NCBI GenBank assembly: GCA_016202605.1
Contig: JACQOJ010000074.1
Coordinates: forward strand, 4,499 to 68,498
Direction of reading: 5' to 3'
From: Betaproteobacteria bacterium
GTDB taxonomy: Bacteria > Pseudomonadota > Gammaproteobacteria > Burkholderiales > SG8-41
DNA length: 64,000 nucleotides
The notes under the pieces are model-generated. The model did no database searches. It was not told the origin of the DNA and worked only from the letters and a program-made list of their open reading frames with translations. This document shows positions 37,103-46,256 of the stretch, one piece after another. The position numbers and the translations under genes were made by a program. How positions within the stretch are numbered: position 1 is the stretch's first letter; each line of letters starts with the position of its first letter.

Positions 37103-38353
37103 ATGCGCCGCCGCCTCGTCAATGGCGCGGTGGCGTGGTTGACCGGCGGATTCGCAACCGGCTTGTTCGTCGCGCGGGAGGCGACGCGTGCGGCGGGTGC
37201 AGAGGCAAAGCAAATGTCGCGATCAGTTGTTCACCCGGACGCCGGCTCGTCCCACCTCACGCTCTTTCTGTGCGGCGACGTGATGACGGGTCGCGGCATC
37301 GACCAGGTGCTCCCGCATCCCGGCAAACCACATCTCTTCGAGCCCTATATGCGCTCGGTGCGGGGCTACGTGGCGCTGGCCGAGGAGAAAACGGGACCGC
37401 TGAAGCGGCCGGTGGATTTCGCATATGTCTGGGGCGATGCGCCGGCTGAATTCGAGCGCGTGCGGCCGGACGTGCGGATCATCAATCTCGAAACCGCGGT
37501 GACGACAGCCGAGGATGCCTGGCCGGGTAAAGGCATTCATTACCGCATGCATCCCGCCAACGTCCCCTGCATCACGGCCGCGGGCATCCACTGCTGCGTG
37601 CTCGCGAACAACCACGTGCTGGATTGGGGCTACGACGGCCTGCGGGAAACCCTCGATGTGCTGCGCGGCGCCGGCATTCGCGTTGCGGGCGCAGGGCGGA
37701 ACGATGCGGAGGCGGCCGCACCCGCGATCATCGAATTGACCGGCAAGGGCCGGGTTGTGGTGTTTTCCTTCGGTACCGAGAGCGCGGGCGTGCCGCGCGC
37801 GTGGGCGGCGCATGGAAATCGCGCGGGTGTGAATTTCCTTCCCGATTTCTCCGAACGGAGCGCGGATTCGATCGCGCGGCAGATCCGCGCCGCGAAACGC
37901 CCCGGCGACATCGTCGTGGCCTCCATCCACTGGGGAAGCAACTGGGGCTACGAGATTCCCGACGAACAACGCGCCTTTGCACACCGTCTCATCGATGCGG
38001 CCGCCGTGGACGTGGTGCACGGGCATTCTTCACACCATCCGCAGGCAATCGAAGTCCATCGCGGCAAACCGATCCTCTACGGTTGCGGCGACTTCCTGAA
38101 CGACTACGAAGGCATCAGCGGTCACGAATCGTACCGCCCCGACCTCGCCCTGATGTACTTCCTGACGTTCGATGCCGCGGGCAGCCTGGCGCGCCTCGCC
38201 ATGACGCCGACGCAGATCCGCCGCTTCCGCGTGAACCGCGCGCCGGACGAGGGCGCACGCTGGCTCGAACGGATGCTGAACCGCGAGGGGCGCCCGTACT
38301 CCACGCGCGTCGATCGCGTCCCGGACAACACGTTCCTGCTGCGGTGGCGCTGA
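37103..38353 (+). CDS. CapA/PgsA family metallophosphoesterase-like protein
   Basis: CGDVMTGR, INLET, LANNHVLDWG, SIHWG, HGHSSH. RR-type leader; alternative start 37214. Confidence 0.9.
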   Translation: MRRRLVNGAVAWLTGGFATGLFVAREATRAAGAEAKQMSRSVVHPDAGSSHLTLFLCGDVMTGRGIDQVLPHPGKPHLFEPYMRSVRGYVALAEEKTGPLKRPVDFAYVWGDAPAEFERVRPDVRIINLETAVTTAEDAWPGKGIHYRMHPANVPCITAAGIHCCVLANNHVLDWGYDGLRETLDVLRGAGIRVAGAGRNDAEAAAPAIIELTGKGRVVVFSFGTESAGVPRAWAAHGNRAGVNFLPDFSERSADSIARQIRAAKRPGDIVVASIHWGSNWGYEIPDEQRAFAHRLIDAAAVDVVHGHSSHHPQAIEVHRGKPILYGCGDFLNDYEGISGHESYRPDLALMYFLTFDAAGSLARLAMTPTQIRRFRVNRAPDEGARWLERMLNREGRPYSTRVDRVPDNTFLLRWR

Positions 38354-38360
38354 CAGCCGC

Positions 38361-38966
38361 TCACGGCCGCAAACCGTTCCCCCATCCGCCTTCGAAAAAG
38401 CGCTCGGCAAGCGGTTTTCTGCCGCGCGCGCGCAGTTCCTTCGCCTTTGTTTCATCGTCGAGGATGTCGGGCTCGGCCTGGTAGCCGACGGCGATCATCG
38501 ACATCGGCGCGTACTCGGCGGGAACTTCGAATGCCGCGCGCGCTTTCTCGACATCGAATCCTCCCATCTGGTGCGCGACCAATCCCAGCGCGAGCGCCTG
38601 CAGCGCGATGGACAAACTCGCCGCACCGGTGTCGTGCTGCGTCCAGCGATTGGGTTTGCCGTTATGCTGGAAAAGGCTGCCGGCGCACGAGAGCATGAGC
38701 AACGGCACGTTCTTTACCCATTTCCGGTTATTTTCCGACAGGCAGTCGAAGGCTTTCTGCCAGCCCTCGGGATCCCGCTTTCGCTCCCAGATCAGATAGC
38801 GCCACGGTTCGTCGCCGTTGCACGAGGGCGCCCACCTCCCCGCCTCGAGCAAGGTCACCAGTTGCTCGCGCGTGACCTCGCGCGCGGGGTCGAAGGCGCG
38901 TGGACTCCACCGCCGCGCCAGCAAATCGTGAATGGGAACACTCGTCGTCGCTCGTCGCTCCTGCAT
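38361..38966 (-). CDS. Nitroreductase family protein
   Basis: RRWSPRAF, EAGRWAPSCNGDEPWR, HQMGGFD. Confidence 0.93.
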   Translation of the reverse strand: MQERRATTSVPIHDLLARRWSPRAFDPAREVTREQLVTLLEAGRWAPSCNGDEPWRYLIWERKRDPEGWQKAFDCLSENNRKWVKNVPLLMLSCAGSLFQHNGKPNRWTQHDTGAASLSIALQALALGLVAHQMGGFDVEKARAAFEVPAEYAPMSMIAVGYQAEPDILDDETKAKELRARGRKPLAERFFEGGWGNGLRP

Positions 38967-39002
38967 TTCGGACTTCCTTTGTTGAGTAGTTCTAGGTTCA
39001 AG

Positions 39003-39057
39003 GTAGGTCGGCAATCCTTTGCCAACAATCGCCGGCGGCATGGGAATACCGCCCTAC
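39003..39057. repeat. GTAG-type REP element, copy 1
   Basis: GTAGGTCGGCAATCC...GGGAATACCGCCCTAC, near-identical to 45523-45577. Confidence 0.8.
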
Positions 39058-39089
39058 CATGTCGTCGTTCATCGGTCATCATTCATCGT

Positions 39090-39512
39090 TCATTCTTTGA
39101 CCTTCGCCTTGTCCAGGGCGAGCGGTCCGGCGCCGAACGCCATCACGTAGAGCAGCCCGCCGATCATGGCGACATTCTTCATGAAATGGTTGAGCTGGTT
39201 GCCGTAGTGCGCGGCATCGGCCGCCCAGAAATCGTGAAAGACGAGGGTCGCGGGAATCATGAACACGATCAGCAGCAATGCGCCCCAGCGCGCCTTCCAG
39301 CCGATGACAAGCATGATCGCGCCCGCCAGCTCGAGGACGATCGCCCCCACCAGCAGGACCTCCGCCATCGGCATGCCCTTGCTCGCCATATAACCCGCCG
39401 TGCCGGCGAAGTTCGTGACCTTGCCGAAACCGGACTTCAGGAAAATCAGCGCCATCAGGATGCGTCCCGCCAGGGGACCATAACGTTTCGCCGCTTCGCA
39501 CAGTCGCTCCAT
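39090..39512 (-). CDS. DoxX family membrane protein
   Basis: GRILMALIF..SG..K, FHDFW, HFMKNVAMIGGLL..G.G..ALD. AAGGAGG RBS. Confidence 0.93.
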   Translation of the reverse strand: MERLCEAAKRYGPLAGRILMALIFLKSGFGKVTNFAGTAGYMASKGMPMAEVLLVGAIVLELAGAIMLVIGWKARWGALLLIVFMIPATLVFHDFWAADAAHYGNQLNHFMKNVAMIGGLLYVMAFGAGPLALDKAKVKE

Positions 39513-39521
39513 GTTGCCTCC

Positions 39522-40466
39522 TTACTCCATAGGTACGTCGATCGCAATCTCGTGTCCGGCGGCAATCCACGCCTCCAGACCGCCTTCGAGCGGGCGCACG
39601 CGTTTGAACCCCTTGTCCATCAACAGGCGGGCGACACGCGCCGCGCTCGCTTCATTCGGTCAACTGCAGTACACCACCACGTCGTGGTCCGGGGGCACCG
39701 CGGCAAGACTGATCCCGGGAACGTTGATGTCCACCGCAACCGCACCCGGAATGCGACGCGGATCGAGCCGGCGCGCCATGCCCGACCGGGCATCAAGTAT
39801 CACCAGTTCAGCTCCACTTCGCATCAGGTCGTGCAACTCCCCGACGCTGATGCGGACCATCCGCAGAAAGCGAATGAGGAGGTAGCGCTCCAACCCCTTG
39901 ATCCCGGCGTAGGCCGCAATGATACCCGCGAGCAGCATCAGCGCGCCGGTGCCCGTGTTCACCAGCCACGCGAGGGCCTGCTCCACTTCGGAGTGAAAAA
40001 ACATCCCGGCAACCACCGGCACCGCGGCCCACAGCAACGCACCCGCGGAGCTGTAGCCCGCGAATCGCCCGATGTCGAGACGCATCGTGCCGGCCAGCGG
40101 CGGCGCCACCGTCGCGAACCCCGGAATGAACTTCGCCACCACGAGCGACGGGGCACCCCAACGCTCGAAAATGTTCTCCGTCTGCTTGACGCACGAGTCC
40201 GGTTCGATCGCTATGCGGCAGAGCGTGCGCAGGATGCGGTATCCGTGGCGCCGGCCGGCGACGAACCACAGCGCATCGCCGAGCAACGATGCCGCGACCG
40301 CCGTCACGAGCACCCCGGCCATGGCGAGTTCTCCCTGCTGCACGAACGCTCCGGCCACCACGAGCACCGGGATCGCCGGCACCGGCAGCCCGGCCTGGGT
40401 GAGGAACACGTTCACGAACACCAGCGTCAATCCATGCTGGGCGAGGAGGTTCGTCATTTCCTGCAT
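39522..40466 (-). CDS. DedA/VTT-rhodanese fusion, predicted selenoprotein (Sec at TGA 39660-39662)
   Basis: DedA motifs (GLPVP, AKFIPG) and rhodanese motifs (ILDAR, IPGA). Readthrough VVYCS-U-PNEASAARVARLLMDKGFKRVRPLEGGLEAW...PME-TAA completes the rhodanese fold and ends 9 nt before the doxX start. Confidence 0.9.
39627..39650 (-). promoter_or_regulatory. SECIS-like hairpin of the DedA-rhodanese gene
   Basis: GCGGC-GCGU-GUCGC core with a bulged GCG/CGC extension. Loop GU at +23/+24 after the UGA. Confidence 0.55.
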
Positions 40467-40530
40467 AAGGTTCGTGGTTCGTGGCTCGTGGTTCGGAGCG
40501 GCAGGCGCTGCTGGCGCTTGGCGGGTGAAA

Positions 40531-43500
40531 TCACGTTCTGGGAGCGGGCGCGGGTTCGCTTTCTCTCCTCAACACCGCGGTTTCTCCTTCGGCGATCCGC
40601 ACGCGGTCGCCGACGATGTAAGTGTAAGCGGTGGGGATCACGTAGAGCGTGAAGAGCGTGCCCACGCTCATGCCGCCGATCACCACCCAGCCGATCGCGG
40701 AACGGGACTCGGAGCCGGCGCCGGCCGCGACGGCCAGCGGCACCGCGCCCAGCACCGTCGCGAAGGTCGTCATCAGGATCGGGCGCAGCCGCAGCGCGGA
40801 GGCCTCGACCAGCGCGTCGAACTTCTCCATGCCGCGGTCCCTCAACTGGTTTGTGAACTCTACGATCAGGATGCCGTTCTTTGTGATCAGCCCGATCAGC
40901 ATCACCAGCCCGATCTGGCTGTAGACGTTGAGCGTGATGCCGGCGAGCTTCATCATGGCGAGCGCTCCCGTGATGGCGAGCGGCACGGTGAGCATGATGA
41001 CGAGCGGGCCGCGGAAACTTTCAAACTGCGCGGAGAGCACGAGATAGATGAAGGCGAGCGCCAGCACGAACACCACCCACAGCTCCTGACCCGACTCGCG
41101 AAATTCACGCGACTGGCCGTCGAGCGCCGTCCGGTATTCGGCGGTGAGCATCTCTCCCGCCGCTTTCTCCATGAAGATCAAGGCTTCGGACAGCGTGTAG
41201 CCGGGAGCGACGTTCGCCTGGATGATGGCCGCCCGCAGGCGATTGAAGTGATTGAGTTCCTTCGGCGCGACCGTCTCGTTGACCGTCACCAGGTTGGCAA
41301 GCTGGTTCAACCGCCCGTCGGCGCCGCGCACGTAGATCGCGGTGAGATCGGTCGGCTTGCGGCGGTCCTTGTCCTCGAGCTTGACGATCACGTCGTATTG
41401 CTTGCCCTCGCGCTTGAAGCGGGTCACCTGCCGGCCGCCGAGGAGCGTCTCCAGCGTGCGGCCGATGTTCTCCACCTGCACGCCCACCGCCGCCGCCTTC
41501 TCGCGGTTGATGTCGACGGCAAGCTGCGGCTTGTTCAGCTTGAGATCCGAGTCGATGTTGGCGAGTCCCGGGAAGCCGCGGGCCTTCTCCATGAGCGCGT
41601 TGACCACGCGTTCGAGGTCCCCGTACGAATTGCCCTGCACCACGAACTGCACCGGCGGATTGCGAAAGCTCTGTCCGAGCGAGGGCGGATTGATGGGAAA
41701 CGCCAGTACGCCCGGCATGGCGCCGAACATTTTCGGGGCAAGCGCGGCCGTGATTTCCTGCGTCTTGCGATCACGCTCGCCCCAGTCCTTGAGCCGCATG
41801 AACGACAGGGCGAAATTGACCGGGTTGGGACGCTCCAGTCCCGGCGCCACGACCACGAAATAATTGATGATCTCGGGCACCTCGCTGTAGATCTTTTCCC
41901 AGATCCTGGCGTAGCCGTCGGTGTAGTCCATGGTCGCGCCCTCCGGTGCGACCATCACCCCGATGAAGTAGCCGCGGTCTTCGAGCGGAGAAAGCTCCGA
42001 CTTGAGCGTCTTGAAGAGCAGCGCGCCACTCACGGCGACGATTGCGAAGACGCCGATCACCAGCACGCGGTGCCCGAGGCTCCAGGCCAACGACCGGCGA
42101 TAGCCCAATGCGACTCCGTTGAAGAACTTCTCGAGCGCGTTGTAGATGCGACCGTGCGACTTCTCGTGATGCAGAAGCTTCGAGCACATCATCGGCGTCA
42201 GCGTGAGCGCGACGAAACCCGAAACCACCACCGCTGCGGCGACGGTAAGGGCGAACTCCGTGAAGAGCCTGCCGGTATTGCCCGTTGCAAACGCGAGCGG
42301 CGCGAAGACCGCAGCAAGCGTCACCGTCATCGCCACAACGGCAAAAGCAATTTCGCGCGCACCGCGAAACGCGGCCTGCAGCGGCTTCATGCCCTCCTCG
42401 ATGTGGCGGTGAATGTTTTCCAGCACCACGATCGCGTCATCCACCACCAGCCCGATCGCGAGCACGATGCCGAGCAGCACCAGCACGTTGATGGTGAATC
42501 CCATCAGCCACACGAGGAAAAACGCGCCGATCAGCGACACCGGGATCGTGACGAACGGAATCAGCGTCGCGCGCACCGAGCGCAGGAAGAAAAAGATCAC
42601 GAGCACCACCAGCGCCAGCGCCTCGGCCGCCACGGTGTAGACCGACTTGACCGACTGGTCGATGAACACCGAGGTGTCGAACGCGATGCCGATGTCCATG
42701 CCCGGCGGCAGCGCGTCGCGGATTCTCGGCAACTCGGCCTTGACCGCCTGCGCCACGGCCAGCGTGTTCGCGGTCGACTGCTTCACCACGCCCAGTCCGA
42801 CGGCCGGATTGCCGTTCACGCGCACGATGTTGCGCTCGTCCTGCGGCCCCAGCTCGGCGCGCCCCAGGTCCTTCAGCCGGACCGGATAACCCTTCACCTC
42901 GCGCACGATGAGCCGGTTGAACTGCTCGGGCGTGCGCAGGTCCGATTCGGACAGCACCGTGAATTCGCGGCTGCGGCTCTCGATCCGGCCCGCGGGCACC
43001 TCGATGGTCTGGCGCCGCAGCGCGTCCTCCACGTCCTGCGGCGTCAAGGCGTAGGCCGCGAGCCGTTCGCGGTCGAGCCAGATGCGCATCGCGTAGCGGC
43101 GCTCGCCGCCGATGATGACGCTGGCGACGCCCCCCAGCGTCTTCAGGCGATCCGCGACGTAGCGATCCGCGTAGTCGGAAATCTCCAGCGCGTTGTGGCG
43201 GTCGCTGAACAGGCGCAGCCACATGATCGCCTGCGCGTCGGCCTCGACCTTGGCGATGATCGGCTCGTCGACCTCGTCGGGCAGCCTGCCCCGCACCCGC
43301 GAGACGCGGTCGCGCACGTCGTTGGCCGCGGCATCCGGATCGCGTTCGGACACGAACTCGACGGTGATCTGGCTCACCTCCTCGCGGCTCACCGACTTGA
43401 GGGTCCGCACGCCCTCGATTCCCGAGATGCTGTCCTCGAGCGGCTGCGTGACCTGGCTCTCGATCACCTGCGGGCTCGCGCCCTTGTAGACGGTGCGCAC

Positions 43501-43638
43501 CGACACCACCGGCGAATCGATTTTCGGGTACTCGCGCACCGTGAGCCGCAGGAACGAAATCACGCCCACCAGCACGATGAGCAGGCTCATCACCGTCGCC
43601 AGGACCGGACGCTTGATCGAAATGTCAGGCAAAAACAT
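40531..43638 (-). CDS. RND efflux permease (AcrB/MexF-like)
   Basis: IKRPV, GLVVDDAIVVLENI, LITKNGILIVEF, RLRPILMT. 1035 aa. Confidence 0.96.
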   Translation of the reverse strand: MFLPDISIKRPVLATVMSLLIVLVGVISFLRLTVREYPKIDSPVVSVRTVYKGASPQVIESQVTQPLEDSISGIEGVRTLKSVSREEVSQITVEFVSERDPDAAANDVRDRVSRVRGRLPDEVDEPIIAKVEADAQAIMWLRLFSDRHNALEISDYADRYVADRLKTLGGVASVIIGGERRYAMRIWLDRERLAAYALTPQDVEDALRRQTIEVPAGRIESRSREFTVLSESDLRTPEQFNRLIVREVKGYPVRLKDLGRAELGPQDERNIVRVNGNPAVGLGVVKQSTANTLAVAQAVKAELPRIRDALPPGMDIGIAFDTSVFIDQSVKSVYTVAAEALALVVLVIFFFLRSVRATLIPFVTIPVSLIGAFFLVWLMGFTINVLVLLGIVLAIGLVVDDAIVVLENIHRHIEEGMKPLQAAFRGAREIAFAVVAMTVTLAAVFAPLAFATGNTGRLFTEFALTVAAAVVVSGFVALTLTPMMCSKLLHHEKSHGRIYNALEKFFNGVALGYRRSLAWSLGHRVLVIGVFAIVAVSGALLFKTLKSELSPLEDRGYFIGVMVAPEGATMDYTDGYARIWEKIYSEVPEIINYFVVVAPGLERPNPVNFALSFMRLKDWGERDRKTQEITAALAPKMFGAMPGVLAFPINPPSLGQSFRNPPVQFVVQGNSYGDLERVVNALMEKARGFPGLANIDSDLKLNKPQLAVDINREKAAAVGVQVENIGRTLETLLGGRQVTRFKREGKQYDVIVKLEDKDRRKPTDLTAIYVRGADGRLNQLANLVTVNETVAPKELNHFNRLRAAIIQANVAPGYTLSEALIFMEKAAGEMLTAEYRTALDGQSREFRESGQELWVVFVLALAFIYLVLSAQFESFRGPLVIMLTVPLAITGALAMMKLAGITLNVYSQIGLVMLIGLITKNGILIVEFTNQLRDRGMEKFDALVEASALRLRPILMTTFATVLGAVPLAVAAGAGSESRSAIGWVVIGGMSVGTLFTLYVIPTAYTYIVGDRVRIAEGETAVLRRESEPAPAPRT

Positions 43639-43640
43639 CG

Positions 43641-43668
43641 ATGAACAATGAACGATGAACGATGAACG
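43641..43668. repeat. Heptamer array (ATGAACG)x4
   Basis: ATGAACA ATGAACG ATGAACG ATGAACG between the four-helix-bundle gene and the RND gene. Confidence 0.85.
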
Positions 43669-43674
43669 GCGATG

Positions 43675-44070
43675 TCACACGGCGACCCGCTTCCGGCGTT
43701 TTGCAGTTCTCACGCTTGCCACAAGCATTGAAATCAGTTCTTCTACCTCGTTACGCAGCACTTGAATTTCCGTTTGCGTGACGGTCTTTGGCTCACCCAA
43801 GAGCTCCAACCAGTATCCGGTCTCTTCGAGCTCCTGCAATGCGCCTTCCATCTTGCTAATGAAATCGGCGACGGACTTGGCGCGTCGGGCTTCGCGGTAC
43901 TGGGCACCAACCGATGTTCCGGATCTCAGGAGCTGTCTGCCAAGCACTTGGGCCACCGTCGATTTCGGAAGATCCGTATATAAGCTGATGATGTTCAGGG
44001 CGAATCGCTTGGTGCGTCGAAGCAGATCGCGTGGGTCAATGGCGCTCGCGTCGTTAAGTTCATCGATCAC
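43675..44070 (-). CDS. Four helix bundle protein (23S rRNA IVP-like family)
   Basis: RTKRFAL, QLLRSGTSVGAQYREA.RAKS.ADF, ELEETGYWLELL. Lower GC than the flanks. Confidence 0.92.
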   Translation of the reverse strand: MIDELNDASAIDPRDLLRRTKRFALNIISLYTDLPKSTVAQVLGRQLLRSGTSVGAQYREARRAKSVADFISKMEGALQELEETGYWLELLGEPKTVTQTEIQVLRNEVEELISMLVASVRTAKRRKRVAV

Positions 44071-44099
44071 CGTTCCGCGTTCATCGATTGATTCATCAT
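44057..44099. repeat. Degenerate heptamer array (GTTCATC), inverted relative to 43641-43668
   Basis: GTTCATC GATCACC GTTCCGC GTTCATC GATTGAT TCATCAT. Confidence 0.7.
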
Positions 44100-44101
44100 T
44101 G

Positions 44102-45196
44102 TTACTTGGTCATCGTTGCAAGCGGTTTATCCTTCAGGACCATGACTGAGGCACCATCCTGGAGCTTCAGCTGGCCGTCGATGACGATGGGGTCGCCACT
44201 GCTCAACCCTGTCACCACCTCGACGTCACCGATGCGGCGCAGGCCGATCTCGACCTTCGTCATCGCGGCCTTGCCCTCGACGATGCGGAAAACGAAGTTG
44301 TCCTTGCCGCGCGGCACGAGCGCCTGCTCCGGGATAAGCAGCGCGTTCTCGCGCGTACCGAGCACCAGGTTCACGCGAGCGAACATCCCGGGTTTCAGCC
44401 GCACGCCGGGATTGGGGACGCGGGCGCGCAGCAGGACCGTGCGCGTCTGTTCATCGACCGCCGGCTCGATCGCGTAGATCTCGCCCTGGAAAGCGTCGCC
44501 GGGATAGGCGTCGACGCGCACCTGCACCGCCTGCCGCGGCTTGAGCCTGCCCAGGTAGATCTCGGGCACGCGGAAGTCGAGCTTCAACGTGCCGATGCCC
44601 TCCAGCCGCGCGATGTCCTGTCCCGCCTTGACGTAGGCCCCGGGGCTCACCTGCCGCAGCCCGGCCACGCCCTCGAACGGCGCCGAGATCACGGTCTTGT
44701 CGAGGCGCGCCTTGACCTCCGCCTGGCGCGCGAGCGACTGGTTGAGGTTTTCGCGCGCCTCATCGAGCGCCTGCGCGCTGATGAAATTCTTCGCGTGCAG
44801 TTCCTCGGCGCGCTTCATGCGGCTGCGATTGAGGCTCAACTCGGCGTTGACCGCCGCCAGCTGCGCTTCGATTTCCGAGGAGTCGAGTGACACCAGTCTG
44901 GCATCCTTGCGCACGAGCTGGCCCTCGCCGAAGTGAATTTCCGAAATGCGGCCGTCGCGTTCCGGGCGGATCATCACCGATTCGTTCGCGAGCAGCGTGC
45001 CGACCGCGCTCAGTTCGTCCAGGATCCTTCCGCTCTTGACGACGCCCGCTTTCACGGGCAGGCCGCGCGGCGGACCGCCGCCACCGCCTGGACCCGCCGC
45101 CTTTTGTGCAACAGGCGAAGAAGTCGAGTACTTCCAGTAGTAGCCGACTCCGCCCAACACGCCGACAGCGAGCAAGATCAACACCAGTTTTTTCAT
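44102..45196 (-). CDS. RND periplasmic adaptor (membrane fusion protein)
   Basis: N-terminal TM, EGQLV, ISAPFEG, LKPGMFA, IPEQAL. Confidence 0.95.
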   Translation of the reverse strand: MKKLVLILLAVGVLGGVGYYWKYSTSSPVAQKAAGPGGGGGPPRGLPVKAGVVKSGRILDELSAVGTLLANESVMIRPERDGRISEIHFGEGQLVRKDARLVSLDSSEIEAQLAAVNAELSLNRSRMKRAEELHAKNFISAQALDEARENLNQSLARQAEVKARLDKTVISAPFEGVAGLRQVSPGAYVKAGQDIARLEGIGTLKLDFRVPEIYLGRLKPRQAVQVRVDAYPGDAFQGEIYAIEPAVDEQTRTVLLRARVPNPGVRLKPGMFARVNLVLGTRENALLIPEQALVPRGKDNFVFRIVEGKAAMTKVEIGLRRIGDVEVVTGLSSGDPIVIDGQLKLQDGASVMVLKDKPLATMTK

Positions 45197-45296
45197 GACT
45201 TTCCGGATGCGGTCCCAGGGGACAGGAGGACAGATTGTATCCTCGCTCCGGCCGGGCCGTCAGCGCGCGGCGGGTTCAAGGTTCGGGGTTCGGCTT

Positions 45297-45491
45297 TCAG
45301 TTCTTGTCGTCGGTGAAGCCGATCTTCTTGTGCGTGCCGTCGCAGAACGGCTTGTTCCGCGAACCGCCGCAACGGCAAAGGAAAATCGTCTCCTGCACCG
45401 CGATCGACTCGCCACGGGAATTGCGGCAAGCCGTTATGCCCGTAACCTTCAGCGGGCCGTTCTTGATGATCTCGATCGTCGCTTCAGTCAT
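45297..45491 (-). CDS. CDGSH iron-sulfur domain protein
   Basis: NGPL, LCRCGGSRNKPFCDGTH. Confidence 0.92.
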   Translation of the reverse strand: MTEATIEIIKNGPLKVTGITACRNSRGESIAVQETIFLCRCGGSRNKPFCDGTHKKIGFTDDKN

Positions 45492-45495
45492 AGGA

Positions 45496-45577
45496 TTCAA
45501 GGTTCAAGGTGCAAGGTTCAAGGTAGGCCGGCAATCCTTTGCCGACAATCGCCGGCGGCATGGGAATGCCGCCCTAC
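45496..45577. repeat. TTCAAGG heptamer array plus GTAG-type REP element, copy 2
   Basis: TTCAAGG TTCAAGG TGCAAGG TTCAAGG, then GTAGGCCGGCAATCC...GGGAATGCCGCCCTAC. Confidence 0.8.
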
Positions 45578-45948
45578 TGCTGTTGTTGGGCTTCCTGCTC
45601 GGCGATTTCCTGGTGGACCTTGGCGATGTCGAGTGCCTTGGCCTGGGCGATCACGCTCTCCAGCCCCTGCGCCGGCAGCGCGCCGGCCTGGGAAAACAGG
45701 ATCACCTTCTCGCGGAACACCATGAGCGTCGGAATCGAGCGTATGGCGAAGTGCCCGGCGATTTCCTGCTCCTCGTCGGTATTGACCTTGGCGAAGACGA
45801 CGTCGGGGTGCTGCTCGGAAGCCGCGTCGAAGATCGGTGCAAACCCTTTGCACGGGCCGCACCACGGCGCCCAGAAATCGACGATGACCATGTCGTTCTT
45901 GGTCACCACGTCCTCGAAAGTATCCTTGTTCAGTTCAAAAACCGCCAT
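45574..45948 (-). CDS. trxA: Thioredoxin
   Basis: VDFWAPWCGPC, IRSIPT. Confidence 0.93.
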   Translation of the reverse strand: MAVFELNKDTFEDVVTKNDMVIVDFWAPWCGPCKGFAPIFDAASEQHPDVVFAKVNTDEEQEIAGHFAIRSIPTLMVFREKVILFSQAGALPAQGLESVIAQAKALDIAKVHQEIAEQEAQQQQ

Positions 45949-46082
45949 CGCGTGCTCCCGGAAAATGTCCGCCACAGAGATCGAAGAGAAATTCGCTTGA
46001 TACCGTCAGACAGCCGGCGCGCCAGGAAGTTTATCAGGAGCGCAGGCCTCAGCCCTGATAAATTACTTCAGCCACGGAGTTC

Positions 46083-46182
46083 TGTCATTCCCGAGGAGCT
46101 TGTCCCCGAGTGTCTTAGTCGGGGATCGGGAATCCAATTTCGGTGCGCTTCAAATTGGATACCCGCCGCTGCGGGCATGACA
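46083..46182. repeat. REP-like palindrome
   Basis: TGTCATTCCCGAGG...CGGGAATCCAA...TTGGATACCCG..CGGGCATGACA. Confidence 0.8.
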
Positions 46183-46256
46183 TGAGGGCTCCGATGCGGG
46201 AGCGGGGAATTTCAAGCATTCGATAGCGACCTTCGCGTTCTCTGTAATCTCTGTGG

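Noticed and set aside
23883-40466. Alternative genetic code (UGA=Trp or Gly)
   Set aside because: Many genes end correctly at TGA, Trp is encoded by TGG, and the in-frame TGAs occur only at Cys-equivalent positions.
40072-43644. 1190-aa plus-strand ORF and similar long antisense ORFs (4861..6309, 15307..17208, 38571..40652, 59037..60665)
   Set aside because: Antisense shadows of well-supported genes in high-GC DNA, with no recognisable motifs.
43675-44070. Diversity-generating retroelement or 23S rRNA intervening sequence
   Set aside because: No reverse transcriptase, TR/VR pair or rRNA sequence in the window.
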